DNA of 64,000 nucleotides from Candidatus Bipolaricaulota bacterium (GTDB taxonomy: Bacteria > Bipolaricaulota > Bipolaricaulia > UBA7950 > UBA9294): assembly GCA_040752575.1 (NCBI GenBank), contig JBFMGK010000073.1:29399-93398 (forward strand), read 5' to 3'. Position 1 is the first letter of the stretch, and each line of letters opens with the position of its first letter. Below the pieces are notes generated by a model that had not been told where the DNA came from, searched no databases, and saw nothing but the letters and a program-made list of their open reading frames with translations. This document shows positions 38,661 through 47,826 of the stretch, piece after piece. A program made the position numbers and the translations under genes.

Positions 38661-38862
38661 CCCGCGGTTCGAGGTGCGGCGGTCTGAGGAGCTTCAGCGG
38701 GTCGGGAACCGGAGGCCATGGTCCGGGGTCCGCGGTCAGACGATCCTGGCGCGAAGCCGCGACGCGTGGCGTGAAGCGCATGGGCGCAAGGCGCGTCCGG
38801 TTCTAGGGGATTCGATCAGGGAAGCGTGGCGCCAGTCTCCGGAGATGCCAGCCCGCGGCAGG

Positions 38863-40029
38863 TCAGCCGAGGAGGACGGCTTGCGCTGCCGTGAGGCCGG
38901 CGCCGAGTTCGAAAGCGTGCCCGCATGCCCGCAGACCAGCTTCGACGGCGGCAACGGTCGCGATGACGTCGCCTGCTGTGGTAGCTCCCATGTGGCCGAT
39001 TCGGAAGTGGGCGTCGCGGATCGCCGGATGCAGCCCGCCGGCGAGGATCGCCCCCGCCGACCGAACGGCCGGGAGGAACGAAGAGCCGGTCACGCCGCGC
39101 GGATACGTGGGCGCCGTCATCGTGTTCGCCGCGTGGTCGTCACTCGTCGGAATCTGGCCGAGCCCGAGCGCCTTCACCGCCGCGCGGCACGCGGCCCCAA
39201 AGCGCCGGTGGCGCGCAAAGCGAGTGTCCAGCCCCTCGGCGAGGATCTGCCCGAGACTCACGTCGAGTGCGGCCACGTGGTTCACCGCCGGCGTCCCGAA
39301 GTACGCGGGAACGCGCTTCTCGTAGGCCTCCATGATCGGCAGCCACTTGGCCCAGTCGGCGTAGTAGTTGGCGACCGGCGTCTTCCGCCTCCGCCACGCG
39401 TCGAGCGCGGCCGCGCTCACGACGAGGAGCGCGAGTCCGGGCGGCACGCCAACCGCCTTCTGGGACGCCGTCAGCACCACATCGAGGCCCCACGCCTCCT
39501 GGCGGATCTCCTCGCCGGCAACGGAGCACACGCCATCCAGCACGGTCAGGACGCCAAACTCGCGCCCGAGCGTGCCGAACCGCTCGACGTCGATGCGGAC
39601 GCCCGTCGACGTGTCGACGTGCGTCGCCGTCATCAGCCGGTACGGCTTCGCACGCAGCGCGCGTTCGACGAGCGCAAAGCCGATCGTCTCGCCAAGCGGC
39701 GCGCGGACGACGTCGACCGCGGCGCCATATCTCGACAAGAGGTCCTCGAAACGATCGCCGAACACGCCCGTGCTGAGGACGAGCGCGTGGTCGCCGGGCT
39801 CGACGAGGTTGGCGCCGGCGCAGTCCATCGCGAGCGTCCCCGACCCCGCGAGAACGAACGGCTGTCCCGTCGGAGCTTGCCAGACCTCACGCATCCGCTC
39901 GAGCGCGCGGCCGAAGACGGCGATGAAGTCGGGCGAGACATGACTCGTCGTCGGAGCGCCGAGTGCCTGGAGCACTTCGTGATCGAACTCGATCGGCCCG
40001 GGGATCATCAGGAGCGCTCGGCTCTTCAT
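38863..40029 (-). CDS. Class V PLP aminotransferase (alanine-glyoxylate/serine-pyruvate type)
   Basis: LMIPGP, GSGTLAMD, HVDTSTGV, VLDGVCS, SQKAVGVPPG, FRIGHMG. Confidence 0.92.
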   Translation of the reverse strand: MKSRALLMIPGPIEFDHEVLQALGAPTTSHVSPDFIAVFGRALERMREVWQAPTGQPFVLAGSGTLAMDCAGANLVEPGDHALVLSTGVFGDRFEDLLSRYGAAVDVVRAPLGETIGFALVERALRAKPYRLMTATHVDTSTGVRIDVERFGTLGREFGVLTVLDGVCSVAGEEIRQEAWGLDVVLTASQKAVGVPPGLALLVVSAAALDAWRRRKTPVANYYADWAKWLPIMEAYEKRVPAYFGTPAVNHVAALDVSLGQILAEGLDTRFARHRRFGAACRAAVKALGLGQIPTSDDHAANTMTAPTYPRGVTGSSFLPAVRSAGAILAGGLHPAIRDAHFRIGHMGATTAGDVIATVAAVEAGLRACGHAFELGAGLTAAQAVLLG

Positions 40030-40071
40030 CTCGCGCCTTCCTCTCGGTGCTTGATGCCCCGATCTCGCGAA

Positions 40072-41430
40072 CTACTTCGCAGGCGGCGGCGCGATGACTC
40101 CGGCATCCATGAGTGCCTTCGTCTCTTCCTGCGCGTGGCGGATCTTCTCCTCGGCCGAGCGGCGCAGCTCGGACTCGGTCAGGCTCCGCCGAGCGATGCC
40201 CTGCTCGATCGCCTTCAGGCCGACCGCCACCGCCTGGTTCACGAACACCTCGCGCTCCATCATCGACGGAACGATGTAGTCGTCGCGCAGACCGCGTGCC
40301 TGCGCCGTCTCGGCGATCGCGTGCGACGCGGCGATCGCCATCTCGTCGGTGATCGTGGTCGCGAAAACGTCGAGCGTGCCGCGGAAGATGCCCGGGAAGC
40401 CGATCGAGTTGTTCACCTGGTTCGGGAAGTCCGAGCGCCCCGTCCCGACAACCCGCGCACCGGCAGCGTGCGCTTCCCACGGCCAGATCTCGGGCACCGG
40501 GTTCGCCATCACGAGGACGATCGCGTCGCGGTTCATGCCGCGGATCCAGTCCGGAAGAATCACGCCAGGGCCCGGCTTGGTGAACGCAACAACGACGTCG
40601 GCCCCCTTCATCGCTTCCGCTGTTCCGCCGCGTATGCCGGCCGCGTTGGTCTGCGCAAGCATCTCCCCGCGGTACGGGAAGAGCCGCTCGAGGTCCATGT
40701 CGCGCGTCAGGACGGTCGGAGAGCCGTCGACGAGGTCGACCACACGAACATTGCCCGGCGCAACGCCGGCCTTCAGCATCACGCGCACGCTCGCCGCCCC
40801 GGCGGCGCCACTCCCGAGCTGGGCGATCGTCGCCTCGGCAAGCGGCTTCTTCACCTGCTTCAACCCGTTGATCACTGCGGCAAGCACGACGGCCGCCGTG
40901 CCCTGCTGATCGTCGTGCCAGACGGGGATGTCGAGCTCGGCGCGCAGCCGGTCGAGGATGTAGAAGCACTTGGGGCTTGCGAAGTCCTCGAGGTTCACGC
41001 CGCCGAACCCCGGAGCCATCCACTTCACCGCCTGGATGATCTCGTCAGGATCCTCGGTGTCGAGCACGATCGGAAAGGCGCCGACGCCGCCCAGGTACTT
41101 GAACAACAGCGACTTCCCCTCCATGACCGGCAGACTCGCCATCGGCCCGATGCGACCGAGGCCGAGGACGCGCGAACCGTCGGACACCACAGCCACGGCG
41201 TTGGCCTTGTTCGTGTACTCGAAGGCCTTCATCGGGTCGGCGTGGATCTCCTTGCACGGCGCCGCGACGCCCGGGGTGTACCAGATCCCAAGGTCGTCGA
41301 ACTGCGTCACCGGACACTTGAGCGCCGTCTCGATCTTGCCGCGGTAGCGCGCGTGCCATCCGGGAGCCCTCTCTCCCGGAACCTTCGCCTGCCGCTCCAT
41401 TGCCGCGATGTCTTTCGGGTTGGTCGCCAC
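40072..41430 (-). CDS. NAD(P)-dependent malic enzyme (short type)
   Basis: YTPGVA, DGSRVLGLG, PVMEGK, VNLEDF, HDDQQGT, GRSDFPNQVNN. Confidence 0.93.
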   Translation of the reverse strand: MATNPKDIAAMERQAKVPGERAPGWHARYRGKIETALKCPVTQFDDLGIWYTPGVAAPCKEIHADPMKAFEYTNKANAVAVVSDGSRVLGLGRIGPMASLPVMEGKSLLFKYLGGVGAFPIVLDTEDPDEIIQAVKWMAPGFGGVNLEDFASPKCFYILDRLRAELDIPVWHDDQQGTAAVVLAAVINGLKQVKKPLAEATIAQLGSGAAGAASVRVMLKAGVAPGNVRVVDLVDGSPTVLTRDMDLERLFPYRGEMLAQTNAAGIRGGTAEAMKGADVVVAFTKPGPGVILPDWIRGMNRDAIVLVMANPVPEIWPWEAHAAGARVVGTGRSDFPNQVNNSIGFPGIFRGTLDVFATTITDEMAIAASHAIAETAQARGLRDDYIVPSMMEREVFVNQAVAVGLKAIEQGIARRSLTESELRRSAEEKIRHAQEETKALMDAGVIAPPPAK

Positions 41431-41431
41431 C

Positions 41432-42037
41432 TTAAGCCTCCCTGCTCATCTCTGCGCGGATCGCCGTCAGGTTCGCCTCAACGCGTGCGGCAACGACCTC
41501 GTGCAGGCTGCCGCCGTGCGAGTCCATGGTCACCGTGAGCGGGCCGAACGCCTCCACTTCGAGGATCCATACGGCCTCGGGCATGCCGAGCTCCTCGAGC
41601 CAATAGACGGCCGGCACGCGCCGGATGGCGCGCGCCGCGAGCGCTCCCGCGCCGCCAGTGAAGTGCGTGTACACCGCACCGACCCGGCCCAGCGCTTCGA
41701 GCGTCTTCTTTCCCATGCCGCCCTTGCCGATCACGAGTCGCGTCGAGTAGGTGTCGAGGAAGTCGGCCTCGAACATCTCCATGCGCGCGCTCGTCGTCGG
41801 ACCGGCGGACGTCACGCGCCAGACGCCGTCCCTGGACTCGACGACCGGCCCGCAGTGGAAGAGCGCCAAGTCTTGCGGGCGAAACGGCAACCGCTCACCG
41901 CCGTGCGCGGCGTCGAGCAGCACGCGGTGCGCCTCGTCGCGCGCCGTGAAGAGCTCGCCGGTCACGTAGATCGTCTCGCCGACGCGCAGATCCCGGATCT
42001 CGGCCTCGGAGAGGGGCGTCCTTAGGACCTTGTTCAT
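41432..42037 (-). CDS. Fe-S hydro-lyase beta subunit (class I fumarase / L-tartrate dehydratase)
   Basis: TARDEAH, HCGP, GPTTSARME, IGKGGM, LGMPEA, DSHGGSL. Confidence 0.92.
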   Translation of the reverse strand: MNKVLRTPLSEAEIRDLRVGETIYVTGELFTARDEAHRVLLDAAHGGERLPFRPQDLALFHCGPVVESRDGVWRVTSAGPTTSARMEMFEADFLDTYSTRLVIGKGGMGKKTLEALGRVGAVYTHFTGGAGALAARAIRRVPAVYWLEELGMPEAVWILEVEAFGPLTVTMDSHGGSLHEVVAARVEANLTAIRAEMSREA

Positions 42038-42898
42038 CTAGCTCACCTCCACCCGGCCCGCCGCGTCGACGCGAACGACCTTCCGTCGGTCGGCCCAGCA
42101 CTGGTAGACGATGCCCACCGGGAGGGACGCCGGATGGCGGTGGGCGAACTCGACGTGCACGTCAAGCGCCGTCGTGCGGCCGCCCAATCCCATCGGCCCG
42201 ACCCCGGTCTCGTTGATGCGTTGCAGTAGACGCTCCTCCATCCTCGCCGCCGCGGGTTCAGAGTGTCGCTCGCCGAGCGGGCGCAAGAGCGAGAGCTTGG
42301 CAAGCTTGAGCGCGAGGTCGGCCCCGCCGCCGATCCCGACGCCGATCACGCCCGGAGGGCACGGCTTGCCTTCGCAAGCCGCGACATGGTCGATCACGAA
42401 TCGCTCCACCCCCGCGAGCCCCGCCCCTGGCGGAAGCATTCGCAGCGCACAGCAATTCTCGCTTCCGCCGCCCTTCGGCAACAGGTGGATGCGGCACTCG
42501 TTTCCCTTCTCGATCTCCCAGACAATGTAGGGAACGAAGCGGCCGGTGTTGTCGCCCGGATTCCTCCCCGTGAAGGGGTCCACCGTGTTGGGCCGGAGCG
42601 GAACCGCCGCCGTGGCTCGGCGCACGGCGTCCACAATGGCCTCGCGAAGGACGCCAAGGTGGGCGAACTCGCTCCCCACGAAGACCACGAACGTCTGAAT
42701 CCCCGTGTCTTGACACATGGCCGCGCCTTCGCGACGCGCGATCTCGACGTTTTGCAGGATCGCCTCGAGTTGGACCCGGCCCACCGGATCCTCTGCGTCC
42801 CGCGCGCGCTCGAGCGCGGCGACGACATCGTCGGGAAGCTCTGTCGCCGCCTGTTTCACGGCTTCAAACAGCGCTTCGCCCAAGTCCCCGTACTTCAA
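42038..42898 (-). CDS. Fe-S hydro-lyase alpha subunit (class I fumarase / L-tartrate dehydratase)
   Basis: CQDTG, KGGGSEN, PCPP, GPMGLGG, HPASLPV, CWA; AGGAGG RBS before TTG. Confidence 0.92.
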   Translation of the reverse strand: MKYGDLGEALFEAVKQAATELPDDVVAALERARDAEDPVGRVQLEAILQNVEIARREGAAMCQDTGIQTFVVFVGSEFAHLGVLREAIVDAVRRATAAVPLRPNTVDPFTGRNPGDNTGRFVPYIVWEIEKGNECRIHLLPKGGGSENCCALRMLPPGAGLAGVERFVIDHVAACEGKPCPPGVIGVGIGGGADLALKLAKLSLLRPLGERHSEPAAARMEERLLQRINETGVGPMGLGGRTTALDVHVEFAHRHPASLPVGIVYQCWADRRKVVRVDAAGRVEVS

Positions 42899-43025
42899 CC
42901 TCGCCTCCTTGCGTCCCCGTCTCTCTTGCGCAGCCCGCTTTCTGCCAAGGTGTCCGCGCTTGCCCAGCGGCCGGATTTCGTATATATCTTACTCGATTGC
43001 GCATAGTCAAAGAAGGAGCCAGACG

Positions 43026-43835
43026 ATGGCCCGCGTGTACTTAAACAAGTCGCTCGACCGAGGACTGCGGATTCTTGACCTGTTCGACGATTCCCGCGCC
43101 ATGCTCTCGGCATCGGAGATCGCCGCCCTCCTCGGCACGACCGCGGCAACGCTGTATCCAACCCTGCACACCCTCCTGCGGCACGGCTACCTCGCGCGCG
43201 ATGAGCAGAAGCGTTACCAGCTCTCGATGAAGCTTCTGGAACGAAGCGGACACGTTCTGGCGCAGTCCGACGTGCGGCGCGTCGCCCGCCCGCACCTGCG
43301 TGACCTCGCGCGCCGGCACCATGTGACCGCCGACCTTGCGATTCTCTACGGATCGGAGGTCCTCTATCTCGAGCGGGAGGTCGGCCACCCGGCCGCTGTG
43401 CTCGGCGAGGTCGTCGGGCGCCGTGTGCCCATCCATTGCACGTCGCTCGGCAAGGTGATGTTGGCGTTCATGCCCGAGTCGGAACGCAGCGAGCTGCTCA
43501 ACAGCCTGTCCCTCGCCGCCTGTACGCCGTACACCATCACAACCCGAAAGCAGCTTCTCGTCGAACTCGCCGCGATTCGCGACCGCGGCTACGCGATGGA
43601 CATCCAGGAGTTCCACCTAGGAAACGCGTGCGTCGGCGCTCCCGTGTGGAGCCACGGCGGACGCGTCGTTGCCGCGATCAGCCTGATGCTCCCGGTCGAC
43701 GACCGCATTCTTCGAGGATCGTGCGACGAGGAAGCCGCGGCGGTCGTCGAGACTGCACAGGCGATCTCCGCGGAGCTCGGTTTCGGCAGGGCGCCCGTTC
43801 CGTCGGTGGGCGGCCCGCGCGCGGAGAGGCGCTAG
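43026..43835 (+). CDS. IclR-family transcriptional regulator
   Basis: SLDRGLRILDLF HTH; PIHCTSLGKV, IRDRGYA, CVGAPV; AAGGAG RBS. Confidence 0.93.
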   Translation: MARVYLNKSLDRGLRILDLFDDSRAMLSASEIAALLGTTAATLYPTLHTLLRHGYLARDEQKRYQLSMKLLERSGHVLAQSDVRRVARPHLRDLARRHHVTADLAILYGSEVLYLEREVGHPAAVLGEVVGRRVPIHCTSLGKVMLAFMPESERSELLNSLSLAACTPYTITTRKQLLVELAAIRDRGYAMDIQEFHLGNACVGAPVWSHGGRVVAAISLMLPVDDRILRGSCDEEAAAVVETAQAISAELGFGRAPVPSVGGPRAERR

Positions 43836-43841
43836 TTCGAC

Positions 43842-44702
43842 GTGGGCGTCCTGTTGGCTCTTGCCGCCGCGGCCTCGTGGGGCGTCGCCATGACCGTGGC
43901 CAAGCCCGGTGCGAAGCATGTCGACCCGATCACGTTTCTCCTCTTTCGTTGGCTCCTGGCTCTCCCGCTGGCGGCGGCGTACGGCGCCGCCGTCGGAGCT
44001 CTGCAGTGGCCGTCCATCGAGGGGGCGCTGTGGGTTCTCCTCGGGAGCGCGCTCAATGCCGTCGTGGGATGGATTCTCTACCTGCTCGCGATGGAACGCG
44101 CCCCAGCGTACCAGATCACCGCGCTCGCGAGCACGGCTCCGTTGTGGGGCGTCGTGGGCGCGATCGTCCTCGGCGGCGAGCCGTTCCGTTGGACGGCCTT
44201 CGTGGCCGCGCTGCTCGTGGTCGTCGGCGCAGCATTTCTGGTCGAGGGTCGGCGCGACGAGCTGCGCGCGGCGCGCCGCGGCGCCGTGTTGGCGCTCGTC
44301 GCCGGCGTGCTGTGGGGCGTCTCCGAGACAGTGCCCATGCGCCTCGCGGCAACGGCCGGCGTCACGCCGGCAACGTCGCTCGTGCTGTTCGCGATGACGG
44401 CCGTTGCCGGCAACGCCCTCGCTCTTCCTTTCCTGCGCGGGCGAGTCCCGCGGAGGCTGGACAAGACGGGCTTGTGGCTCGTTGCCTTGTCCACGCTGAC
44501 CGGTGCGCTCCTAGGGTGGCTCTTCTGGCTTAACGGTCTGCGGTACGCCCCCGCCAGCCTGCTCGCGCCGGTTCGGGGCTCAACGCTCTTGTTCACGTTT
44601 CTGTTCTCGGTGTTGTTCCTCGGCGAACGCCCGTCGAGGCGGGCTCTCGTGGGCGTACTGCTGAGCTTTGGAGGGGTCCTGCTTGTCTCGATCAACGTCT
44701 AG
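43842..44702 (+). CDS. DMT/EamA family transporter
   Basis: Highly hydrophobic; two EamA halves ending VLGGEPF and LFLGERP. Confidence 0.85.
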   Translation: MGVLLALAAAASWGVAMTVAKPGAKHVDPITFLLFRWLLALPLAAAYGAAVGALQWPSIEGALWVLLGSALNAVVGWILYLLAMERAPAYQITALASTAPLWGVVGAIVLGGEPFRWTAFVAALLVVVGAAFLVEGRRDELRAARRGAVLALVAGVLWGVSETVPMRLAATAGVTPATSLVLFAMTAVAGNALALPFLRGRVPRRLDKTGLWLVALSTLTGALLGWLFWLNGLRYAPASLLAPVRGSTLLFTFLFSVLFLGERPSRRALVGVLLSFGGVLLVSINV

Positions 44703-46230
44703 CGAGAGAGCGCGCGTCGCATCGGATCGGACCGGCGACGCCGCGGGTCGGTTCGACGTCGTGGTTCTGGGCGCCGGGGTCGTCGGCTGTGCCGTCGCCC
44801 GGTGGTTGGGCCGCGAGACGTGCTCGACGGCCGTGCTCGAGAAGGGCTCCGACGTGGGCGGCGGGGCCAGCTCCCGCAACTCGGGAGTGATCCACTCGGG
44901 AGTCAACTACACACCGGGAACGCGCCGCGCGACGCTGTGCATGGAGGGCCGGGCGCTCCTCGAAGCATGGTGCGGCGAACTCAATGTCCCAATCCGCCGC
45001 TGCGGCAAGCTCATCGTCGCACAGCGGGAGAGCGAGCGACCCATGCTGCAGCGTCTGCTCGAACAGGGCCAGGCCAACGGCGTTCCCGGCGTTCAGATCG
45101 TGACAGGTGCGCAGGCCGCGACGCTCCAACCGGGAATCCGCTGTGTCGCCGCGCTCCATGTACCGTCGACGAGCATCGTCTCGCCTTACGCAGCCACCAT
45201 CGCGATGGCCGAGGATGCTGCATCCAACGGAGTCCACTTCTTCCTCGATCACCGCATCACGGAGATCGAGCCCGACGAGGAGGGGTTCGCCGTGTGGACG
45301 GAACGCGGCTCGTTCCACGCCCGCGCCATCGTGAACTGCGCCGGGATCTACGCCTCGGAACTGGCCCGCTGCCTGACGCCCGACGCTCCCCCGCAATACC
45401 CGTGCGCCGGGGAGTACTTGCTGCTCGACAAGCAGGCCGGCGAGAGCTTGAGGATGGCCGTGTACCCGGCTCCGCATGCGGGCGGCGCCGGACTCGGCGT
45501 CCACATCACGCCGACGACGGAAGGTAACGTCCTGCTCGGCCCATCCAACGAGTACGTCGAGGAGGTCGAGACGGACGGCACGACGCAGGTCGTCGCGGAC
45601 ACGCTGCTCGGCGAGGCCAAGGCGATGTGGCCCGACGTGCCCGAGCGGTGGGTGATCGGGTCGTACGCCGGCATCCGCCCCAAACTCACGCCTCCCGAGA
45701 TCGGCGGGTTCTCGGATTACATCCTGCTGCGCACCGAGGCGCATCCCCGCGCACTACATCTTCTCGGCATCGAGTCTCCCGGACTGACCGCCGCCCCGGC
45801 CCTCGCCCGCCTTGTGGTGGAGGATTTCCTTCGCCCCCTACTCGGCTTCGCGCCGAAGCCGTCCGCGGACGTCCGCGTCCGCCGTTGGCCGACTCGCTTC
45901 GACGAGCTTCCGGAGAGAGAGAAGGAACACGCTGTGGCGGAGAACCCCGACCACGGGGAGATCGTCTGCCGCTGCGAGGGCGTCACACGCGCCGAGGTCC
46001 TGCACGCACTCGACAATCCCCTTAGGGTACGCACCCTGGCCGGAATCAAGTTCCGGTCGCGTGCCATGATGGGCCGATGTTCAGGCGGGTACTGCCTGCC
46101 GCGCATCGTCGCGATGCTGCAAGACGAGTACGGCGTGCGCCCCGAGGCGATCCAGTTGCGCGGGCCGTCTTCGCCGGCCTTCGTAGGTCCGCTGTTGGAG
46201 GAGGGCGATCCCGATGCGCGGAACGCGTGA
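44683..46230 (+). CDS. FAD-dependent oxidoreductase (GlpA/LhgO-like) with C-terminal BFD-like [2Fe-2S] domain
   Basis: DVVVLGAGVVG, ASSRNSGVIH, GIESPGLT, VCRCE..GRCSGGYC; TTG start at 44683 behind GGAGGG. Confidence 0.88.
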   Translation: MSRSTSSERARVASDRTGDAAGRFDVVVLGAGVVGCAVARWLGRETCSTAVLEKGSDVGGGASSRNSGVIHSGVNYTPGTRRATLCMEGRALLEAWCGELNVPIRRCGKLIVAQRESERPMLQRLLEQGQANGVPGVQIVTGAQAATLQPGIRCVAALHVPSTSIVSPYAATIAMAEDAASNGVHFFLDHRITEIEPDEEGFAVWTERGSFHARAIVNCAGIYASELARCLTPDAPPQYPCAGEYLLLDKQAGESLRMAVYPAPHAGGAGLGVHITPTTEGNVLLGPSNEYVEEVETDGTTQVVADTLLGEAKAMWPDVPERWVIGSYAGIRPKLTPPEIGGFSDYILLRTEAHPRALHLLGIESPGLTAAPALARLVVEDFLRPLLGFAPKPSADVRVRRWPTRFDELPEREKEHAVAENPDHGEIVCRCEGVTRAEVLHALDNPLRVRTLAGIKFRSRAMMGRCSGGYCLPRIVAMLQDEYGVRPEAIQLRGPSSPAFVGPLLEEGDPDARNA

Positions 46231-47449
46231 GGTGGACGTCGCGGTCATCGGCGGCGGCCCGGCCGGTCTGGCTGCGGCGGCCGCCGCGGCCGCTGCGGGG
46301 GCGAACACGCTCCTCGTCGACCGCAACGCTCGACTCGGTGGCATTCTCAACCAGTGCATCCACGACGGATTCGGCTTGCACGCTTTCGGTGAGCTCTTGA
46401 CGGGACCGGAATTCGCCGACCGCTATATCGCGCGCTGTCTTGAGGCCGGAGCGCGGACGAGATCCGAAACGCTCGTCGTGGAACTCACGCCGGAGCGGGA
46501 GATGATTTGCAGCACGCGTGGCTCACGGGAGCGGCTTCGCGCGGGCGCCGTGGTTCTGGCCATGGGATGCCGCGAACGAACGCGCGGCATGCTGCGGATT
46601 CCGGGCTCCCGGCCCGCCGGCGTCTATACCGCCGGGACGGCCCAGTGGCTGACCAACATCGCCAACGTGCGTGTTGGACACCGTGTCGTCGTCTTGGGTT
46701 CGGGCGACATCGGGCTCATCATGGCGCGGCGCCTCACGTGGGAGGGAGCCCGGGTGGTCGCCGTCATCGAGATCCTTCCCTATCCCTCGGGACTGCCGCG
46801 CAACATCAGTCAGTGTCTCGAGGACTACGACATTCCCCTCTACCTATCGCACTCGGTGACGTCGATCCACGGCGCGCAACGCGTCGAAGGGGTCACGGTG
46901 ACGCAGTTCGACGCGGCGCGACGTCCGATGCCGGGCACGTCGTTTGACCTCGCGTGCGACACGCTGCTCCTCTCGGTGGGTCTCATTCCCGAAAACGAGC
47001 TGTCGCGTAGAGCCGGCGTGGCGATCGATGAGCGAACGGCGGGAGCGCGGGTCGACAGCCAGTACATGACGAGCGTTCCCGGGGTCTTCTCGTGCGGAAA
47101 CGTTCTCCACATCCACGATCTGGCCGACTGGGCCGCAGAAGAAGGCCAGCGCGCCGGGGCGCAGGCGGCTGCGTTCGCCGTCTCGCGCCAAGCCGCCCCC
47201 GAGACCGTGACCCTCGCGCCGGGACCCGGAGTGCGCTACGTCGTCCCTCAGGCCGTCTCCCGATCCGAGACGCGCACGCTACTCTCGCTGCGCGTCGCAG
47301 AACCACAGGACGAGGCGACGCTCCAACTCACCGCAGGAACCCGATGCCTCGCCACGCGGAGGCTGCGCCGCGCCCACCCTGCGACCATGATCCAGTGGGA
47401 CGTCCGCCTTCCCGATTCGGAATCACAGCTGGAGGTGCGTCTGGCGTGA
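46214..47449 (+). CDS. NAD(P)/FAD-dependent pyridine nucleotide-disulfide oxidoreductase, partner of the GlpA-like subunit
   Basis: IGGGPAG, GGILNQCIH.GFG, AMGCRER, LGSGDIGLIMARR, CGNVLHIHD. Confidence 0.9.
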   Translation: MRGTREVDVAVIGGGPAGLAAAAAAAAAGANTLLVDRNARLGGILNQCIHDGFGLHAFGELLTGPEFADRYIARCLEAGARTRSETLVVELTPEREMICSTRGSRERLRAGAVVLAMGCRERTRGMLRIPGSRPAGVYTAGTAQWLTNIANVRVGHRVVVLGSGDIGLIMARRLTWEGARVVAVIEILPYPSGLPRNISQCLEDYDIPLYLSHSVTSIHGAQRVEGVTVTQFDAARRPMPGTSFDLACDTLLLSVGLIPENELSRRAGVAIDERTAGARVDSQYMTSVPGVFSCGNVLHIHDLADWAAEEGQRAGAQAAAFAVSRQAAPETVTLAPGPGVRYVVPQAVSRSETRTLLSLRVAEPQDEATLQLTAGTRCLATRRLRRAHPATMIQWDVRLPDSESQLEVRLA

Positions 47450-47826
47450 CGACCCGGCGATTGACGTGCATCTTGTGCCCTAACGGTTGCGAGATCGACG
47501 TTTGCTACGAGGGTGTAGTCTCGGAAGACTCGCTCGCCGTCGAGGGAAACCTCTGCCCGCGCGGCTTAGCCTATGCTCTCGAGGAGCTCTCACGACCTCA
47601 GCGAACCCTCACCACATCGATTCTCGTGGTCGGGGGAACGGAGCGGCTCGCCAGTGTGCGCACGCGTCGCGCCATTCCGCGAGAGCGCCTCGCAGCCGCC
47701 CGCGAGGCTCTGCGCGGATTGGCGGTCCAGGCGCCGATCCAGGCCGGCGAGGTGGTGCTGGAGGATGTCGCCGGAACCGGCGTCGAGGTCTTCGTCACAC
47801 GCGGCGTGGGGAGGGCGTGTTCGTGA
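47446..47826 (+). CDS. DUF1667 family Fe-S/metal-binding protein
   Basis: TCILCPNGC..GNLCPRG..R.LTTS; GTGA overlap with the upstream gene. Confidence 0.85.
   Translation: MTTRRLTCILCPNGCEIDVCYEGVVSEDSLAVEGNLCPRGLAYALEELSRPQRTLTTSILVVGGTERLASVRTRRAIPRERLAAAREALRGLAVQAPIQAGEVVLEDVAGTGVEVFVTRGVGRACS

Noticed and set aside
38674..41538. 954-aa plus-strand ORF
   Set aside because: Antisense shadow of the aminotransferase and malic enzyme genes; Arg/Ala-rich and motif-free, typical of high-GC DNA
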